NCBI GenBank assembly: GCA_964187785.1
Contig: OZ076415.1
Span: 64,790,001 to 64,854,000 of the forward strand
Length of the DNA: 64,000 nt
Direction of reading: 5' to 3'
Source of the DNA: Amphiscolops sp. MND2022
Lineage: Eukaryota
Shown: piece by piece, positions 1 through 14,245 of the stretch
Layout of the letters: every line of letters begins with the position of its first letter
Position numbering within the stretch: position 1 is the stretch's first letter
Translations under genes and position numbers: made by a program
The notes under the pieces: generated by a model
The model's input: only the letters and a program-made list of their open reading frames with translations
Database searches by the model: none
What the model was told of the DNA's origin: nothing

Positions 1-3000
1 ACTAAGCAGATCATTACAGATTCACCAAAGTAGTTGTGTGTTTTTTCCCTTTTTGGTCGATCGGTTGATAGTTGACTTGTTGTTTCTTCTTCGTCTGATT
101 CAGGTTCAGTTGTGGTGAATTTTTCCTATGTTACTGCGGTTTCGATTGCAGCTCTTTGGCTCTGGCTCTCTTCCTCCTCGTCAGTGGAGTCTTTTGCTAG
201 TTGTTCCCAGTTGACCATTCTTTTGAACTCTTTCGGAAGTTTTGACCTTTTCTTTGACCCTGTTGCTTTTATTGATTTGGCCGTTTTTTTGGTTTTGTAT
301 TTTTGATTGGCTCTGCGCTGGTCGTTGGTTATTGGTCAAATTATAGTCTGCGCGTAGTTTGTTTGTTTGTTTGTGGACGATGTTGCTTGCGTCTCATTTG
401 GGTTTGCTATGTCGCGTTTGCTGTATGCGGTCGGCTGTCGCTTCTTGTTGCTTATCGTTATTGTATGCGCTGTTTCATTTGTTATAGTGCCCCTTTTCTT
501 CTTGTAGAGACCGTCCAATTCTGTTCCTCTGGACCGTTCTCGCACGAGGATTTCAGAATCCTGCTCTCCTGGGAAATCCGGCATTTCCAGCTGGAAGTTG
601 TTGTCGTTATCTGAAACAGTGTAGTTTTTGTTTGGTTTAGTGGTGATATTACCTTTGACAGTAGTAACTTTTCTGTTATTATGTAGTTCTGATGGGCAAA
701 ATTAATTTGGTTTTCTTGCTCCCTGTAGTGCATTTAGCGTTTCCGATACGCCTGTAATATCTTTTCCTAGTACTATATTTTTGTAAGCTCTGAGTCGTTC
801 GGTTATTGTCCTTATTAAACGTTCAACTTTCCCGTTACATTTGTGGTCATTTACTGGGCATTTGATAGGTTTCATGGAACATTCATCACAAAATTGACGA
901 AATGCATTACTGGTGACTGCTGTGCCCGGATCTGTTCAAATTTGTTTGGGAATTTCGTTATCTGCAATGTATCTTTGTAAAATATCGAGTACTTTGCGAG
1001 TGGTTGGCGCCCGTAAACATTTTGCATCCTGCCATCCGGTTTTACTATCGATTGATACGATTAAATACTGTTTGGGACTTCTTGCTATTTTAAAATGTCC
1101 CGCGAAGTCTATTCCGATTTCATCATTTGTTTCTTCTGGGATCGGTATCTTGCCAAATTGTCGTTGTTTTAAAATTGGTTTTATTGACTTACCTGCTTCT
1201 TGACAATTTGGGCAGCTTTTAGCCAGTAATGTAATAACACGTTGAATACTTGGCCACCAGATATCGCTAATTTGTTGGAGCTTGTAGTCGCGTTCAATAT
1301 GCCCCCAATCTAACGAGTTTTAAACTGGCACTTGAAGGATTTTAGGAATGACGAGTGAGTCTGTCGTCGGACTGTCTAGGTTCTTTGTTTCTCTTTGTGG
1401 GATTGTTTACTATGTTAATTTCGGTTTTGATTTGCTTGAAATTTAACTAAATGTACTACCTGTTAATTCGCTGGTTGGTTGGGCTAATCCCGTTTTGCGT
1501 TTATCGAATGAATTATTGTTTTCACAGATGACTGTTTGTTTGTTTTGTATTGGCAAGTGTGCGTTTTTGCTTCTTTTATCACTTCTCTGCAGCTTTAGCC
1601 ATCTCCGTCCCCTAATTGGTTCGATCGTTTCGTCTGCTAAAATGTCATTTAAGTTGTTCACGTGATTCACAGTGAACCATGTGTTGCAGAGTTATGACGC
1701 TTTTACACTTCCTCCCTTTATCGGTGATGGGTGTTGAGATAGATGGTCAGCGATGCCCATTGTTCTGCCTGGTGCATGAAATAATTCGAATTCAAATTCA
1801 AGGAGACGCTCCACCAATCTTCTCAGACGGCTAGACTTTGTTTTATTATTTTTCCTTTAAGTACTGCCACCAGAGCTTTACGATCAGAGACTTTGTAGAA
1901 TTTGGTACCAAATAAACAATTCTTGAAGTGTTCTTCTGCCCAAACGACAGCTAGTAATTTTAATTCATTTATCGAATATTTGCTTTCTAACTGTGTTTAA
2001 AAACGTGACGCAGAATGTATTGGTCTCCAGTTTGTTTCGTCGTTCTGCTGCAAAACTGCGCCCAATCCTGGTTTACTAGCGTCGCAAATAATTCTAATGG
2101 GGCAGCTCCGCTTGAAGTTTCCTACTTCTGCGACTGGTTTTACTTTTTTGGTTTTTTTTCTGAATTGCTTTATCATGTTCTTCCCATTTCAAGGGTTGGT
2201 TTTTTTCAATAATGGGCGTAATTCGTGGCATAATTGGGCTAGATTTGGGATGAAACATCTTAGTTGGGTTACTGCTACTAAATATGGTTTGACTTGTTTT
2301 AAATTATTCGGTCTTAAATTTTTGGTCATTTCCTGCACCTTTGAATTGATTGGTTCAAACCCTGTTTGAGATAGTTTATACCCCAACTTCTCAGTTTCTT
2401 CTGCTGCGAATTTGCTTTTTTCTCATTTCAACCGAATGTTTGCGTTATCTAATCTTTTCAAAACTTGTCTTACTACTTCAAAATGTTTTTCCTTTGATCC
2501 CTTTGTCACAACCAGTTTGTCGTCTAGGAGAACGTATGTATTTGATAGGTTTCCCAATTCTTGATCGATAGCTTTGGAATTCCGTGGGCATTATGGTTAA
2601 CCAATAAAATCCTGTTACAAACCGATATGTGCCGGTGGCTTTACCACCAATAATTTGAAAATTGCAATGTTTTGCTGTTTCTTCATCCAATGGCACTTGT
2701 TCATACGCTTAGCACATGTCCAATGATGTATACAGTGCTTTCCCTTGTTCTTCACTATCTAATTGTTCTGCCACTGGATCGACTAAATGTTCTAAACTTG
2801 GCATTTGGTGTTTATCTTTTTCATAATGTCCTTCCTCTACTAATCTATCAATTTCAGCTTGCACTGCGTCTTGCAGCTGTATTGGTAGCCGTCTACTTTT
2901 CGGTTGCGTTATTTTGGCGTTTTGTTTAAATTTGATTTGCACTTCATTTTACTTAATTTATTTAACCCTTCTTGCCGCTCAAATAGTTCTTTGAATTGTT

Positions 3001-4653
3001 GTTTTACTTTTAATTGCTCATTTTGGTGGTTTTTCCAATTTTCTGAATTGATCGTTTCGCCTGGTTCAGCAAACTTAATTGGTTTTGGTTTTGTAGTTCC
3101 GTTCATTACTTTACAAATAATTCGTTTACCTTCATTTTGAGTGGGTGAGACGAATTTATAGTTGAAGGCGTTCAACCAATCTCTTCCAATGAGTGAATTT
3201 GGTCCTCGTTCTGCTACCAATATTCTTTTTTTTGCAGTTTGCTATCTCCAACTTCCATTTGACAGAACACGTAACCCAGTAAGTTTAATTTTCGTTTATT
3301 GAAATCCACATATTCCTCATCTTCGGGCAGTTGTCGTTTGAATAATGTTTTTCTTTTCATTATTCGTTTGATATCTTCAATTACGAATATGGTGACTGGT
3401 GATCCCGAATTCACCATTGTTTTGAATGGGTTGCCATTTATCTTTCCACTCATAGAAAATTGTCCATTTTCATCGCCGTCGATTTTTAAAACAATTTTGT
3501 CGTCAACGACTACCGAGTCTGTGCTACTGTCTTTCCATTCATCTACTCTTTGGATTCTTTGTGCTGGTGCTTCGGTATCTTTTCTACTTTTCGAGAAATT
3601 TCCAGCGCCTTTTGTTTGGCAACACTTCGCGAAGTGGCCCTTCTTTCCGTATTTCATACACGTGATTCACATCGCTTTGCATTCTTTAGAATGTTGTGGG
3701 CTAAATGGGGCTTCACATCGAAAGCACTTTTTACTTGGCCGCCAGCGATTTACTCCTGCATTCATGTTGTTTATTTCACTTGGTTCTGCCTTTATATTTG
3801 GTTGGTCCAAGTCATCAAACAAATGATTGTTGGCGCAATTCCCCTTTTTCATAGGATATTGCGAATCGAATTGTGTCTGCAATAGTGGCTTTGGGCTCTG
3901 TGCAGAGTTTTTGATGTACATCTTTATTGCTCATGTTTACGATGAGTACATCTTTTACCAGGCTTTCAGTGATGTTCCCAAAGTTATATTTTGATGCCAA
4001 GCCACTGAGTTCTTTCCAGAATTGTCTCAACGTCTCGTGTTCTTTCTTTTTCGAATTTAGAAACTGAATCTGTCCAGTTTTTCGTTCTTGGGCTTCTTGA
4101 AACAGTCTTTACACATCTTGACCAGGTACACCACGAGTAATTCTTGCAATATTTACTGTTGGAAATTTATCGGAAATGGTTTTTCTTGCCGCCATCCCTA
4201 GTGCCAGGTACTGAACGCTATTGGTTTTTTTCATAGCTGTTGCCTCCTCCATGTCTCCCATGAGACTTTTTTCTTTGTTGCCTTTAGTTTTTGTAGGTTC
4301 TGCAACTGAAATGTTACTTTTTGCCTTTACCGCTACTTCGAATAAGTCGATCCATTTCTCCCATTCTAATTCTGGGGATTTTGTGGCGTCTTGCCTGTAC
4401 ATAGGTATTGCAGCAATTGAAGAACTGGTTCGCTGTTCAGCTTGCAGCGCCATGTTTTAGGGTTATGATGATGTGAAGTATTTGCTACAGCTGTAAACTC
4501 AGTATTCACTGTGAATATGTTTCAGATCAATGAAGACAGGAAGCAATACTGTATTCTAATCTAGACCATTTGGCAACTGAGACAATCTTCATTTTCAAAC
4601 TCAACAGTTATACAGGTACAATATTGGTAAATATGTAAATAACTTAAGGTACA
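1..4653 (-). mobile_element. Degenerate Ty3/Gypsy (Mag-like) LTR retrotransposon, 3' end beyond window start
   Basis: Minus-strand fragments in Gypsy order: gag (WEKWIDLFE, 4109-4453; knuckle-like CFRCEAPFSPQHSKEC and GKKGHFAKCC), protease (TMVNSGSPVTI, ~3400), RT fragments (LYTSLDM, RFVTGFYWLTIMPTEFQ), RNase H (LRPLLKK), integrase (H..C..C, IDFAG, TDPGT, VERLIRT, ~850-1330). Many stops and frameshifts. Confidence 0.85.
4453..4653 (-). repeat. Probable 5' LTR of the degenerate Mag-like element, followed by a tRNA-Ser-like PBS (TGGCGCTG from 4452 downward)
   Basis: Minus strand reads ...aaaaCA|TGGCGCTGCAAG; the first 8 nt match the complement of a eukaryotic tRNA-Ser 3' end. The TG start at 4653 is a guess because the partner LTR is outside the window. 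Confidence 0.4.
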
Positions 4654-5394
4654 ATTTGGCATCAATGTTTATGTCACTCATATGCTAGATTAGTTAATTG
4701 TTTTAATGTTCTTTTTTTAATTGAGACCTGTCACAGTAAGTGAATCAAAACAATTCATTCATGAAAAGCGACATTGTTTCAATGTTGAAAGGATTTTTGA
4801 AAGCGCTTAATAATTGAAAGCGTCATCTTTTGTAGTAGATGTTTTTGAAATGTTGAAATGTTCGGTTTGCACTGATAAATAAACCAAGATTTTTAATACA
4901 CGAGGAACACTTTAAAAACATTTTAAAAACACTTTGACTTCAATTTTCGCAAAATGATCTGAAAGCATCAACAGAGAGTTCCAAAGTGACAGAGTCAAAA
5001 CGAGTGTTGCGACCACCTCTCCTTTGTCAAACCCAATCAGGAACAAGCCGGGAATGAACAGACCAAGTCGGCCCTTCCGAAAGGCTCAAAAACAGCTGTC
5101 TTTTCATAATATTCATGATCAATTGCTGGGAAAAATCTAATGAATCTCAATGTAAAAACCTGAAAAAAAAACGAGCACCTTGAGATTATCAAACAGTTTT
5201 TCTTTGATTGAAACGTTAAGAAAAGACAAAATTGAAAAAAAAAACGTTTCGAAAAGTGTTCCTTTCAAAACAAATATCTCAGAGTGCCTCAATTTTAAAA
5301 CCGAGATGTCTTGGCTCACTTTACTTTGAAAGCAACAAAAAATCAAAAGTTGAACTTTTCAGTTTTGTTTTTTTTTGCAAGCGATAAAATACAA

Positions 5395-5914
5395 AACAAG
5401 ACGGGAACGTCTAAAGTCGGCGCCATATCTAAGGCTCAAAAAGCTCAAACTTTTTGAAATTGTAAAAGGGGGGACCCTTTGGGTTTTTTGAAAAAAAACG
5501 AAAAATCGAAAAATAAGAATTTTGAGCCAGTCTCATAGTACCGAAAAACTTGAAAGTGGAGACCCTTTGGGCTTTTTGAAACTTCAATTTGCTGTAAAAT
5601 ATCAAAAAACTTGAAGGGGACCCTTTGGAGACAAAAAAAATTTCGAAAAAAGTTGCACAGTGCCGAAAAAAACTCAAACCCTATAGTCTCGTCCTGTTTT
5701 GTATCTTACGATAAAAATGGAGTAACTGAAAGGGGGGACCCTTTGCACTATCCTAAATGCGCTCCCCGTTTGCCTTTGCCGGTCCAGTAGTTTAGTACTG
5801 TATTTAGTAGTTGAACGTTAATTTTAACGTTCGTCGCTTCGAGTCTGTCTTAAAGAAAAAAACGAGTGACTGTAGTAGTCGGGCTCTTTTATTTATAAAA
5901 GCGCCGACTAAAAA
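5395..5914 (-). mobile_element. Non-autonomous Helentron-like element (HINE/DINE-1-like)
   Basis: One end AACAAGACGGG..AAGTCGGCGCCATATCTAAGGCTCAAAA, other end TAGTCGGGC..AAAAGCGCCGACTAAAAA: subterminal inverted repeat AGTCGGCGC/GCGCCGACT plus terminal hairpin; same ends recur in at least 7 copies in the window. Confidence 0.7.
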
Positions 5915-8900
5915 GAACAGCGCAGGATTGAAAGCCACTTCACACATGCTTCCGAGGGCAAGTCAGAGCATCTAGACACACGCGGTAACCATTAGGCCAA
6001 GTGGAAAGTTGCCAGTATCAGGCACAATTATTTCAAACAAATCATAGAAATGCTATGAATTATGAAGTTTAGCGAACGCTTCCAGCTGATGTTATGACCA
6101 ATTAGAGAATTTATATTCGAAAGTAGATAAAAACACTCAAGGTTTTGACGAGGGTGAGCCCTCTGTTTCAGACAAAACATGTACGAGACTGATTATCGTG
6201 CCCGAAAAAGACGATTCAATTTTGAACAGCGGAGTTAAGCGGAAAGTTAGTGAACCATGGGATTGAGTGGAGTCTCAGAAGGGATACAAAGAAGGATCTA
6301 CCAATTCCAAGGAATGATAGTGCCTCTGCTCCTTTGAGATATATAAGCGTCACAGCCCCCACAGTGTTGCGTGTCGGAAAACAAAGAGGCAATGTGAGAA
6401 AAGAGGAAGACCGACATTTATTCAATCCTTTTTCTTTGAGTATAGTTTCAAACTTGTCTTCCATCTCAGATCTTATTCTTCTTATTTTCTTGCTTAAGCA
6501 TTTAACTCCACACTCATTACGATACACATCCCGGTACGAACTAGCAGGATCCTGCTAGTTCGATTTTTGTCCAATCAGAGCGCGAATATTTTTTTGGAAG
6601 TTTTACACTTGTCACACATTACGCGCATTGATAAGACGTTACGCTAGTTGACACAGCTTCGTACGTTGACTAGTTTACACCATTGGATAGTACAGTAATT
6701 GACTAGTTTACACCAATTGACTAGTTTAAGCAATTTGACTAACTACAGTGTGCATCTCACACCTTGGAGTTCCTCTCATCAAAAAGGATGTTTCAGCGGT
6801 GTTGATACCTTCAATGTGGAATATTCCGCGAAATGAGACGCCAAATATAGAGGAAATCTTTGTCAGAGTTGTTTGCATCGATTCACCTAGCCAGTGTGAT
6901 AATGGCTGGGATCGATCCTGTGGTACCAACAGTCACATCCCACGGACTTATCGACCGCGCCAACATCCCCACTTTGCCGCTGCTTTGCACACATTCATAA
7001 ACTTTAAAAACATACATGTACCGTATATGTAACGTGACGTATATGTCACGTGGCGTTATTCAATGCTTTTAATGCTTAACCATGATCCAAAGTAATTCAA
7101 TTTTTGAAATCAATTCTCTCATTCTCTTTTCCATTTGACCAATTGAATTTACTTTTTTACTTCTTTAAAAAACCATTCATTTATTTGACTAAGCAATTAA
7201 TTAACAACAAGCAATAAGGAAACGGTTTTTATCTAAGGGGGGCGAGGCACATTTGGATCTCATATTGGAATAGTGACCTACTTTCAATTGTTTGGGAAGA
7301 CTTGGATGGGGGGGGGTGTTGTTGGATAAGAAACAGTATTTATCTGAGGGAGGATAAGGCACATGATCCAAACTTCGTTTTTAGCTCAAAAATTCAAGAT
7401 CGGTATTCCATAAACTACTGTTTTCGGTTTGATAAAGTTTCAACTTTGTATAGACTATTTGTTACAACTTTTCTTGATGTTGCTCACGACAGGGATCAAA
7501 ATAGGTCCTTGTCAATACCCCGGCTCAAAATACCCAGACCAAAATAACAAGTTACCCAATCATTCCGGTGACCGTGCTCACGACAGGGACCAAAATTAAA
7601 ATTAGTTAGGCAACTGTTAATGAGGGCTGCTTTGAAATTATGTTTTCTTAAAATAGGAAACCTGTTGACAGATCAATCAATTGTTATAATTGTACTAATT
7701 AGAAGCTACAAGGTATTTTGTTTGCACGTAAATGCAAGGATGAAACACGTGTTCACGTGTGCAACTTGCATTGAATGCAGTTTATACGTACTATGCACGG
7801 TAGAGCTTAGTAATGATAACTAATTATTTATTGAATCATTGTTTACTTTGACTGGTTTACGATGTTGTGGTATGAATTGGAATTAAAATGAACACTGAAT
7901 TTTGAATGCATATAAACATGGTGTAAGTTAGTCAAAACTTTGACTAATTTCCACTTATTGCAAGTATAGCGATCTGCAATTTGCAAAAAGTGGAAGTTAG
8001 TCAAAGTTTTGACTGAATTACGAAAAAGAGTATTTTTTGACTAACTTCCACTTTTCACTAACTACGTGCTTTGACTAGTTTACACTATTTTCCATTACGC
8101 GCGTTGGCACAGCTACACCGTTGAAGCATAGACCGTCTTGACTAACTTACGCTGAATGACCATTTTACGGATTACACAGATTACGCTGCGTGACTGAAAT
8201 CCAATTTACCGCTACGTGTATCTTGATGCTTTGTATTTCGTTACTTATTTGACTTGGTTCAGTCAGATGGGAACCCAAGTTGTTTTCATCTAACCTTTCA
8301 TGACAATTAACATCATTGGTATTGAAAGTCTAATAACCTTGATTCCGAGTTTCTACTGCTATGTTGCTTGTTTCTATCTTCGGGGTGGAACTATCTAGCC
8401 TTTTATACCTTCTGTTCCTTTTATTTCCCATCTCTGCTCAAGCAAAAATCAGTTTTGGTGCGGAAGATAATTGATTTAATGATTGGCCAAAGAGTTCTGA
8501 GATCTAAGAATGAAGAGGTACAAACTGGTTATCACTTATGTTGTTACGAAAGAAGTAGATTGACAAGAGCTACTGTTCGGAATGGCGGTTTTGCGGAACG
8601 TGAAAACCTTTTCCTAGCCCACAATGTAATTTTCCCTGGCATGACACTCAGTTTTCACGACATCATACAAAAAAAACAAAGTCATCTGATGTCATTCTAT
8701 TTTTGAACCACAAATTTACATCTTCATGGCAGTGAAAAGCAGTAAAATTCATACAAAAATGAAGGACATTAAAGAAAAAGTGCAGTCGCGTATATACATC
8801 ACTTGTAGAATGGTATAATGACGTCCACTTATTATGCAGTACAACGTCAGCCAACATATTGCTTATCCACAAAGTGACGTATAGTCACAATCATTCAAAC

Positions 8901-10278
8901 CGCACGATGACGCTTATTCGCAAGTCTCCATAATGACTTAAAATCATACAATATAAAAAACATATTGGCGCATTTCCACGTCATTATATGATTATTGGAC
9001 GTATTATGACATAGAAATCATCTGAGGGCATTCCAACAGCACGAAGATAGTTCAAACAAGTCGGGTTTTGGGAGTTGCTAGATTTCTTAAGAAATGCCCC
9101 ATAGCACCAGCACAGCAGTGGCATTATGGCATTTGTGGACTATAGTGCTAAGTATATTTGCAACTGAAAAGAAAACAGACAGAACAAGAGAGACAAAACT
9201 CACTCATGAAACGAAAGCCAGGCGTTCTGCCTTGGACGCTGCCTCAGAATTCAGAGAAATCAGCAAAGTGTCAACTAATCTCAGGCGAGCAGAAAGCGGC
9301 CGCTAGCAAATGTCCGCGCAGCTACCAGGCAGCAAACTAGTTAATTAAGTCTGAGGCAGTGGTCTTGTAGCATTGAAATTATTGAGTGCCAGTCAAGATG
9401 AGCGGAAATCGATTCGCTAATTTTCTTTTAGTACACTGTTTATAACCCATGTGATCGACCTACTTGTGCTGAGTAGTTGGGTATTCGTCCAAGATTTAGT
9501 ACCAGTGCAGTGGATTTGTTTTGATACTCTGTTGAGCCAGCGAGGTTTTTCAAAAATTATCATATATCTTTTGCAGGTACGTTTGTGGATTGTGTGCAGT
9601 TTACCATTTCAAAGAATGAAGCTATGTTGTTTTGAGTGATGCAAAAGATTTCGCTTTCAGACAGCTGGCTGGGCGATTTCCTATGTGCTACCCAATCAAA
9701 TAATCTTCTGAGGACACGTCCCTGATTTTGCTTGTAAATTATATGGAATAAATTATTTTATGTTCATCTGTTCATTTGTCAATCAAAATTTTTTCGTTAG
9801 CTGTACGGAATTTATTTACGATGTTCATTGTAAAATTCTATTCTTATCCCGGGTCAAAAGCTATGTTCATGGATTTCAGTGCTAACTTCAGTTAGAAGTA
9901 CTGCATTGTCGTGATTGAGGGGACTCGGAATTGGGAGTTCGGATGGAAGTTGATTCTAACGTTTCATTGAAATGGGATGATACCAAAAGCCGTGTCCCGA
10001 GGAAGTTTTTCTAGTTGGTATTTTCTAGTATAAAACCTTATTCTAATTTAAACATAACTCCGCTACTCCTTTTCACTCAATCATAATGCCAGAAAAACTT
10101 CATAAAAGAAACTGAGGAAAATATCCCAACAATGCTCAGGAGACGTTGAAGTAGGTGGCTCAATTGCCGACGAGAATATTTGTCTAATGTAACATGATTT
10201 CGAAGAACTATCTAATCGAAAAAACCTAAAATCGTAAACCGGATGTCTAAAAGCCTGAGAGATTCGGATTCGGAGCAT

Positions 10279-10282
<4 letters not shown>

Positions 10283-10313
<31 letters not shown>
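10283..10313. repeat. (GA)n microsatellite
   Basis: Run of AG dinucleotides seen directly. Confidence 0.95.
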
Positions 10314-10315
<2 letters not shown>

Positions 10316-11404
10316 TTGATCGAAAATCTCTTTTCGAAGTAAGACAACTTGTCAAAGGCCACTTCTGAACAATTTTGTTCGAGTTCTAGAATAGCTTTCT
10401 AGAACTTTTATTAAATACCTGCGAGGTGGATTTGTTCGCATTCCGATCTTCTCCTGTATTTTCTCCCATGATAAGCCAAATAGTCGGAAAAAAACAATTT
10501 CAAGACGCTCTTGAGGCGCTTTTTCAACCATTTTCTATGTATAATATGAGTTTGAGTGAACGGGTGCACGAATTTATTCACGCTTTTCAAAAATTTTCAC
10601 AATGAATTTTCAAGCTGTTAACTTTAAGAGTTGCGATTTCATAAATGATTCCATAGTACTCTAAACCATAATTATTCAGGACTTCTTGATCATGAATATT
10701 ACACGTGATCAGTTTTATCTCCACTCCAAGCTGACTATAATTTTCATCTCGAATCAATGTAAAATTTTGGGTCTTTCCTCAGTGTGATTGAAATAAAATG
10801 CCGTAACTTCTATCGGGATATGTAGGCCTATGATAAGCAGAGTAGTTGGGACGGTGCTATTTTAATGAACAGAAAATGATCCCGCCTTAAACTGTCTTAA
10901 ATGCAATGTGATGGTCATAATGGCACACTTTGTCACAATAAAAACTTTACGCGGGTATTTACGGGAATTTCACATTCAAAGCAAGTACTTTTGTTTTCAT
11001 CCGAAGTAAACTGTACTAAACAAAATTATGTTACTCTGTGTAACTAAGAAATTATTCATAAAAAGTGACTCTAACTGTAATTCATTCACTGTAAGCATTG
11101 GAATCAAGATATTGGGTTTAAGTCCAATGTTTTTTGAACGACCAAGCATTGGGTTCATGGTATTGGGTTCAAGTCCAAAGTTTTTAAAACAAATTTGGAG
11201 GGCAACTAATGGTGCAAATTACAGTAGTCTTTTGATAATTGAACTCTCTTCAACTCAATGTTAAATTAACGTTGCAATTCTGGGATCCATTTTTTTAAAA
11301 TTGGAATACCTCCCCGATTCCGCAAGTGGACGACGAATTAGCAGTTCTGTTTTTCTTGCAAGGGTCAGCTTGATGCTGTGTTCTCAAATTGACAAACTCA
11401 AGGT

Positions 11405-11590
11405 GCCAAAAGTCTGGCTGCTCACCGTTCTATTTTTTCCCGCCAAATGCGTCATTTTTTGTCATCGACCATATCACTAAGCTAGGGATGAAGGACTTGC
11501 TTAAGGACCAACAAAGATGAGTTCTGTGAGATTCGAATCTGATACTGCCCCAGTACAGGCCGAATGCTCTAACCACTACACCATGCTCCC
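11405..11590 (-). mobile_element. tRNA-derived SINE
   Basis: Minus strand A-box TGGTGTAGTGG and B-box-like ATTCGAATC, then body GTTGGTCCTTAAGCAAGTCCTTCATCCCTAGCTTAGTG shared with the copy at ~35005-35157. Confidence 0.75.
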
Positions 11591-14032
11591 CACGCAATGA
11601 ACACTGATGAACATTTTTGAGAATTCTACAGTGACCGAAGGAGAGGTGTTCCACTCAGGGATGGGTAATATTGTATTGCAATTGAGGAGTGAAGTTATTG
11701 ATAGTGACGTATAGACAATGTATTGCAATATTTGATTTTAGCTTTTTGAAATTTGGAAAACTTTCATTGCAAAAATTCTTTTCAAGTGCTTAATTCCCCC
11801 ATCCGTTGATCTCCAGTCTCTCAGGGGGTGGTATAAAATGACGATAAGGTTTTGGGTCTTTCGTTGCAAAGAAAAAACTTCTTTTCACGTTGAGAGTTTT
11901 ATACATCCAAAGATGAGTTCAACAATTTGAAATAAGTTTGGTTCTAATGTGTTTTGTCAGTTAGCGTTGCAAGGGAAGGCCAATTAAAAGAAGATGTTTC
12001 GAGGCATCCTGATTTCTCACTGCCTTTAGAATCAGGACCTTGATGAACCAGAGCTTCTGCCAGTATTGTGGGCTATAGAGTTATTTTTTAAATCAAGTGT
12101 ATGGAACAAATTTTGATGTAGCATGAGATCACAATGTATTAATCCCCATATCAACCCCAGTTGAAAGTGCCCGAAACTTTTACGCGTTTTTATAGGCAGC
12201 AATACAAATTTCATAGGGTTTTGGGAGCTGCTTGATGAAGTTTTCATACTCAAAAGTTTCACGCTGCTTCACTAAATTTTCATATCACTAAAATTTATTC
12301 ATTAGGATTTCTCCATGACCCTATCGGGTTTTCGGAGCAACGTCAAGGAAATTCAAAGAAAAATTTAAAACAAAACTGATCGTAGAAATTTTTTCAAACA
12401 GACCACCCGCTGGGTGGATGGACTTTCATTGTTTCAATTCACAATGGCACGCGCACCGACTGAGAAAAAAAATCAACCATTCTTCTCAGCCGTAGAATGA
12501 AAAATCTACTGTCATAAGCCTATGCAGTAACTATTTTTCGTACATGGACCAAAAACCAATAGCTGCATAATTGATCCGTCTCTATTATTCATCTGATAAG
12601 AAACGCTGGCAATAAAAACTGATTCCGACACTTTGTCAGCATCTGCTGACTTTATCAAAGATCTGAGAAACAGCAAATATATTCAAAATTCCCAATAATA
12701 ATGAGGTTTAGCACTAAAGGAAACCAAGATACAAAAAACATCAGGAAACAAGACACGAAAGAGAGTCCGTCTGCTCGTTCAAATCAAGTTTTTGATGTTT
12801 TATGTGAAACGCTCCATTGAATGAGAAAACTAGACCTGAGAAAACTGGATAATCCAGAAGACACAATTTTTTCAGGACGTTAAAACATCTCAGATGAGTT
12901 TGAAAAGTTGATTTGACATCGTGAAAATTCAGACGAGCCCATCCGACTGGTCTCTCAGAAAAACGCTCCCCGACTCTCTCTGTAATACGTGCCATTTGCC
13001 CTAGTTGAATTTACTGGGACGTATTTCACGCTGCTTTCATACGTGCAACGCTAGGTTTCTTACAAAACATGTAAAATTCCAGGAGCCTGCACTGAGAAAT
13101 TTTGTAGGAATACAATGCAGGGTCCACTAATTCAATCAAATCTAAAAAAAATTCAATTTCTTCACCGTCCAGGTCAATTTATTTTCACACTTTCTTTCCT
13201 CAACAAGTTTAATCAGCGTTAATCGAAGTGCACGCCAAAAATGACACTACTTTGAAAAATATAATGTGACTGAAGTTGATTTGCATTACCATGGCGGTGA
13301 AACTGATAATGTATCAGCTGTGTTTAAAAATAGAACTGCTTCTTAATGGAGCTGTGGCTTCAAATTGCTGCCAAGTTTAGAATTCTTTAGGCAGCCTAAT
13401 AAGTACCATTTAAAACAGTGAAATTGTAATGCACGAACGTTTACTTGAGAGTTCAAAAAAATCTTGATAAGCCTTGATTGTATTATGTTGTCCTGTAGTT
13501 TCAACAAGAGTGTTGATACATATGTAGCAATGTTTGAAACTCCTCTGAGGACAATGGAACATGCAGGTGACAGTCACTTCAAGTTCAATTATTAGGCCGC
13601 GCTTTTCGATGAAAACTTGTAACATCTGAGTTCGTGGGTTCGAGTCTCGCACTAAACCAAATTTTATGCTTGCAAAAGTAAAGGGGAGATCAAAGGGTCC
13701 CTTTGGAATTTTTCTGCACTATACGACTTTTGTTCAATCGAAGTTCCCTTTGATTAAAAAAATACATAAAAAAAGTTTCCAGAAGTTTTCAAAAAAATTT
13801 TTAATATAACTTTTGTTTTTTGACACTTTCTCCGGGGTGAGAACTTTGACCATGTTTTGGTCCTGTGGAACTGATGAGAATTTTTCTCAAAAATTGTAGA
13901 AAAGCGGTTTTTTCGTCACTGTGCCTCTTTTTTCCGGAAAAGTTTTCATTTGGTCAAAGGATACCACTTTCATCAAAGTTTTCATTCTGGAAAAAGCGCT
14001 TGGTGAGCCTAAAGCTCCTTTATGAGTGTTTA

Positions 14033-14118
14033 GTCCGAAGGTTTTGTCCGAAGGTTTTGTCCGAAGGTTTTGTCCGAAGGTTTTGTCCGAAGGTTTTGTC
14101 CGAAGGCTTTGTCCGAAG
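14033..14118. repeat. 13-bp minisatellite (TCCGAAGGTTTTG) x~6.5
   Basis: Tandem units seen directly, no spacers. Confidence 0.95.
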
Positions 14119-14245
14119 TGATTTAAAAAATTAGGCCTTGAAAAAAAAACAATTTTATGATCTTTCGAGCTGGGAAAATGGGTTTTCTTATTGTCAATTA
14201 TGTACCTTCGGGTATTTTCCACCACTGTAAGTTTGATAACTTTCC

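Noticed and set aside
11500-11590. Functional tRNA gene (also ~35070-35157 and ~5930-6005)
   Set aside because: A/B boxes present but no complete cloverleaf, and a shared non-tRNA body follows: SINE heads.
12030-12262. Decayed hAT zinc-finger remnant (VDMGINTL*SHATSK) as possible donor of the captured gene
   Set aside because: Similarity is short, lacks the Cys pair and has several stops; not supportable by eye.
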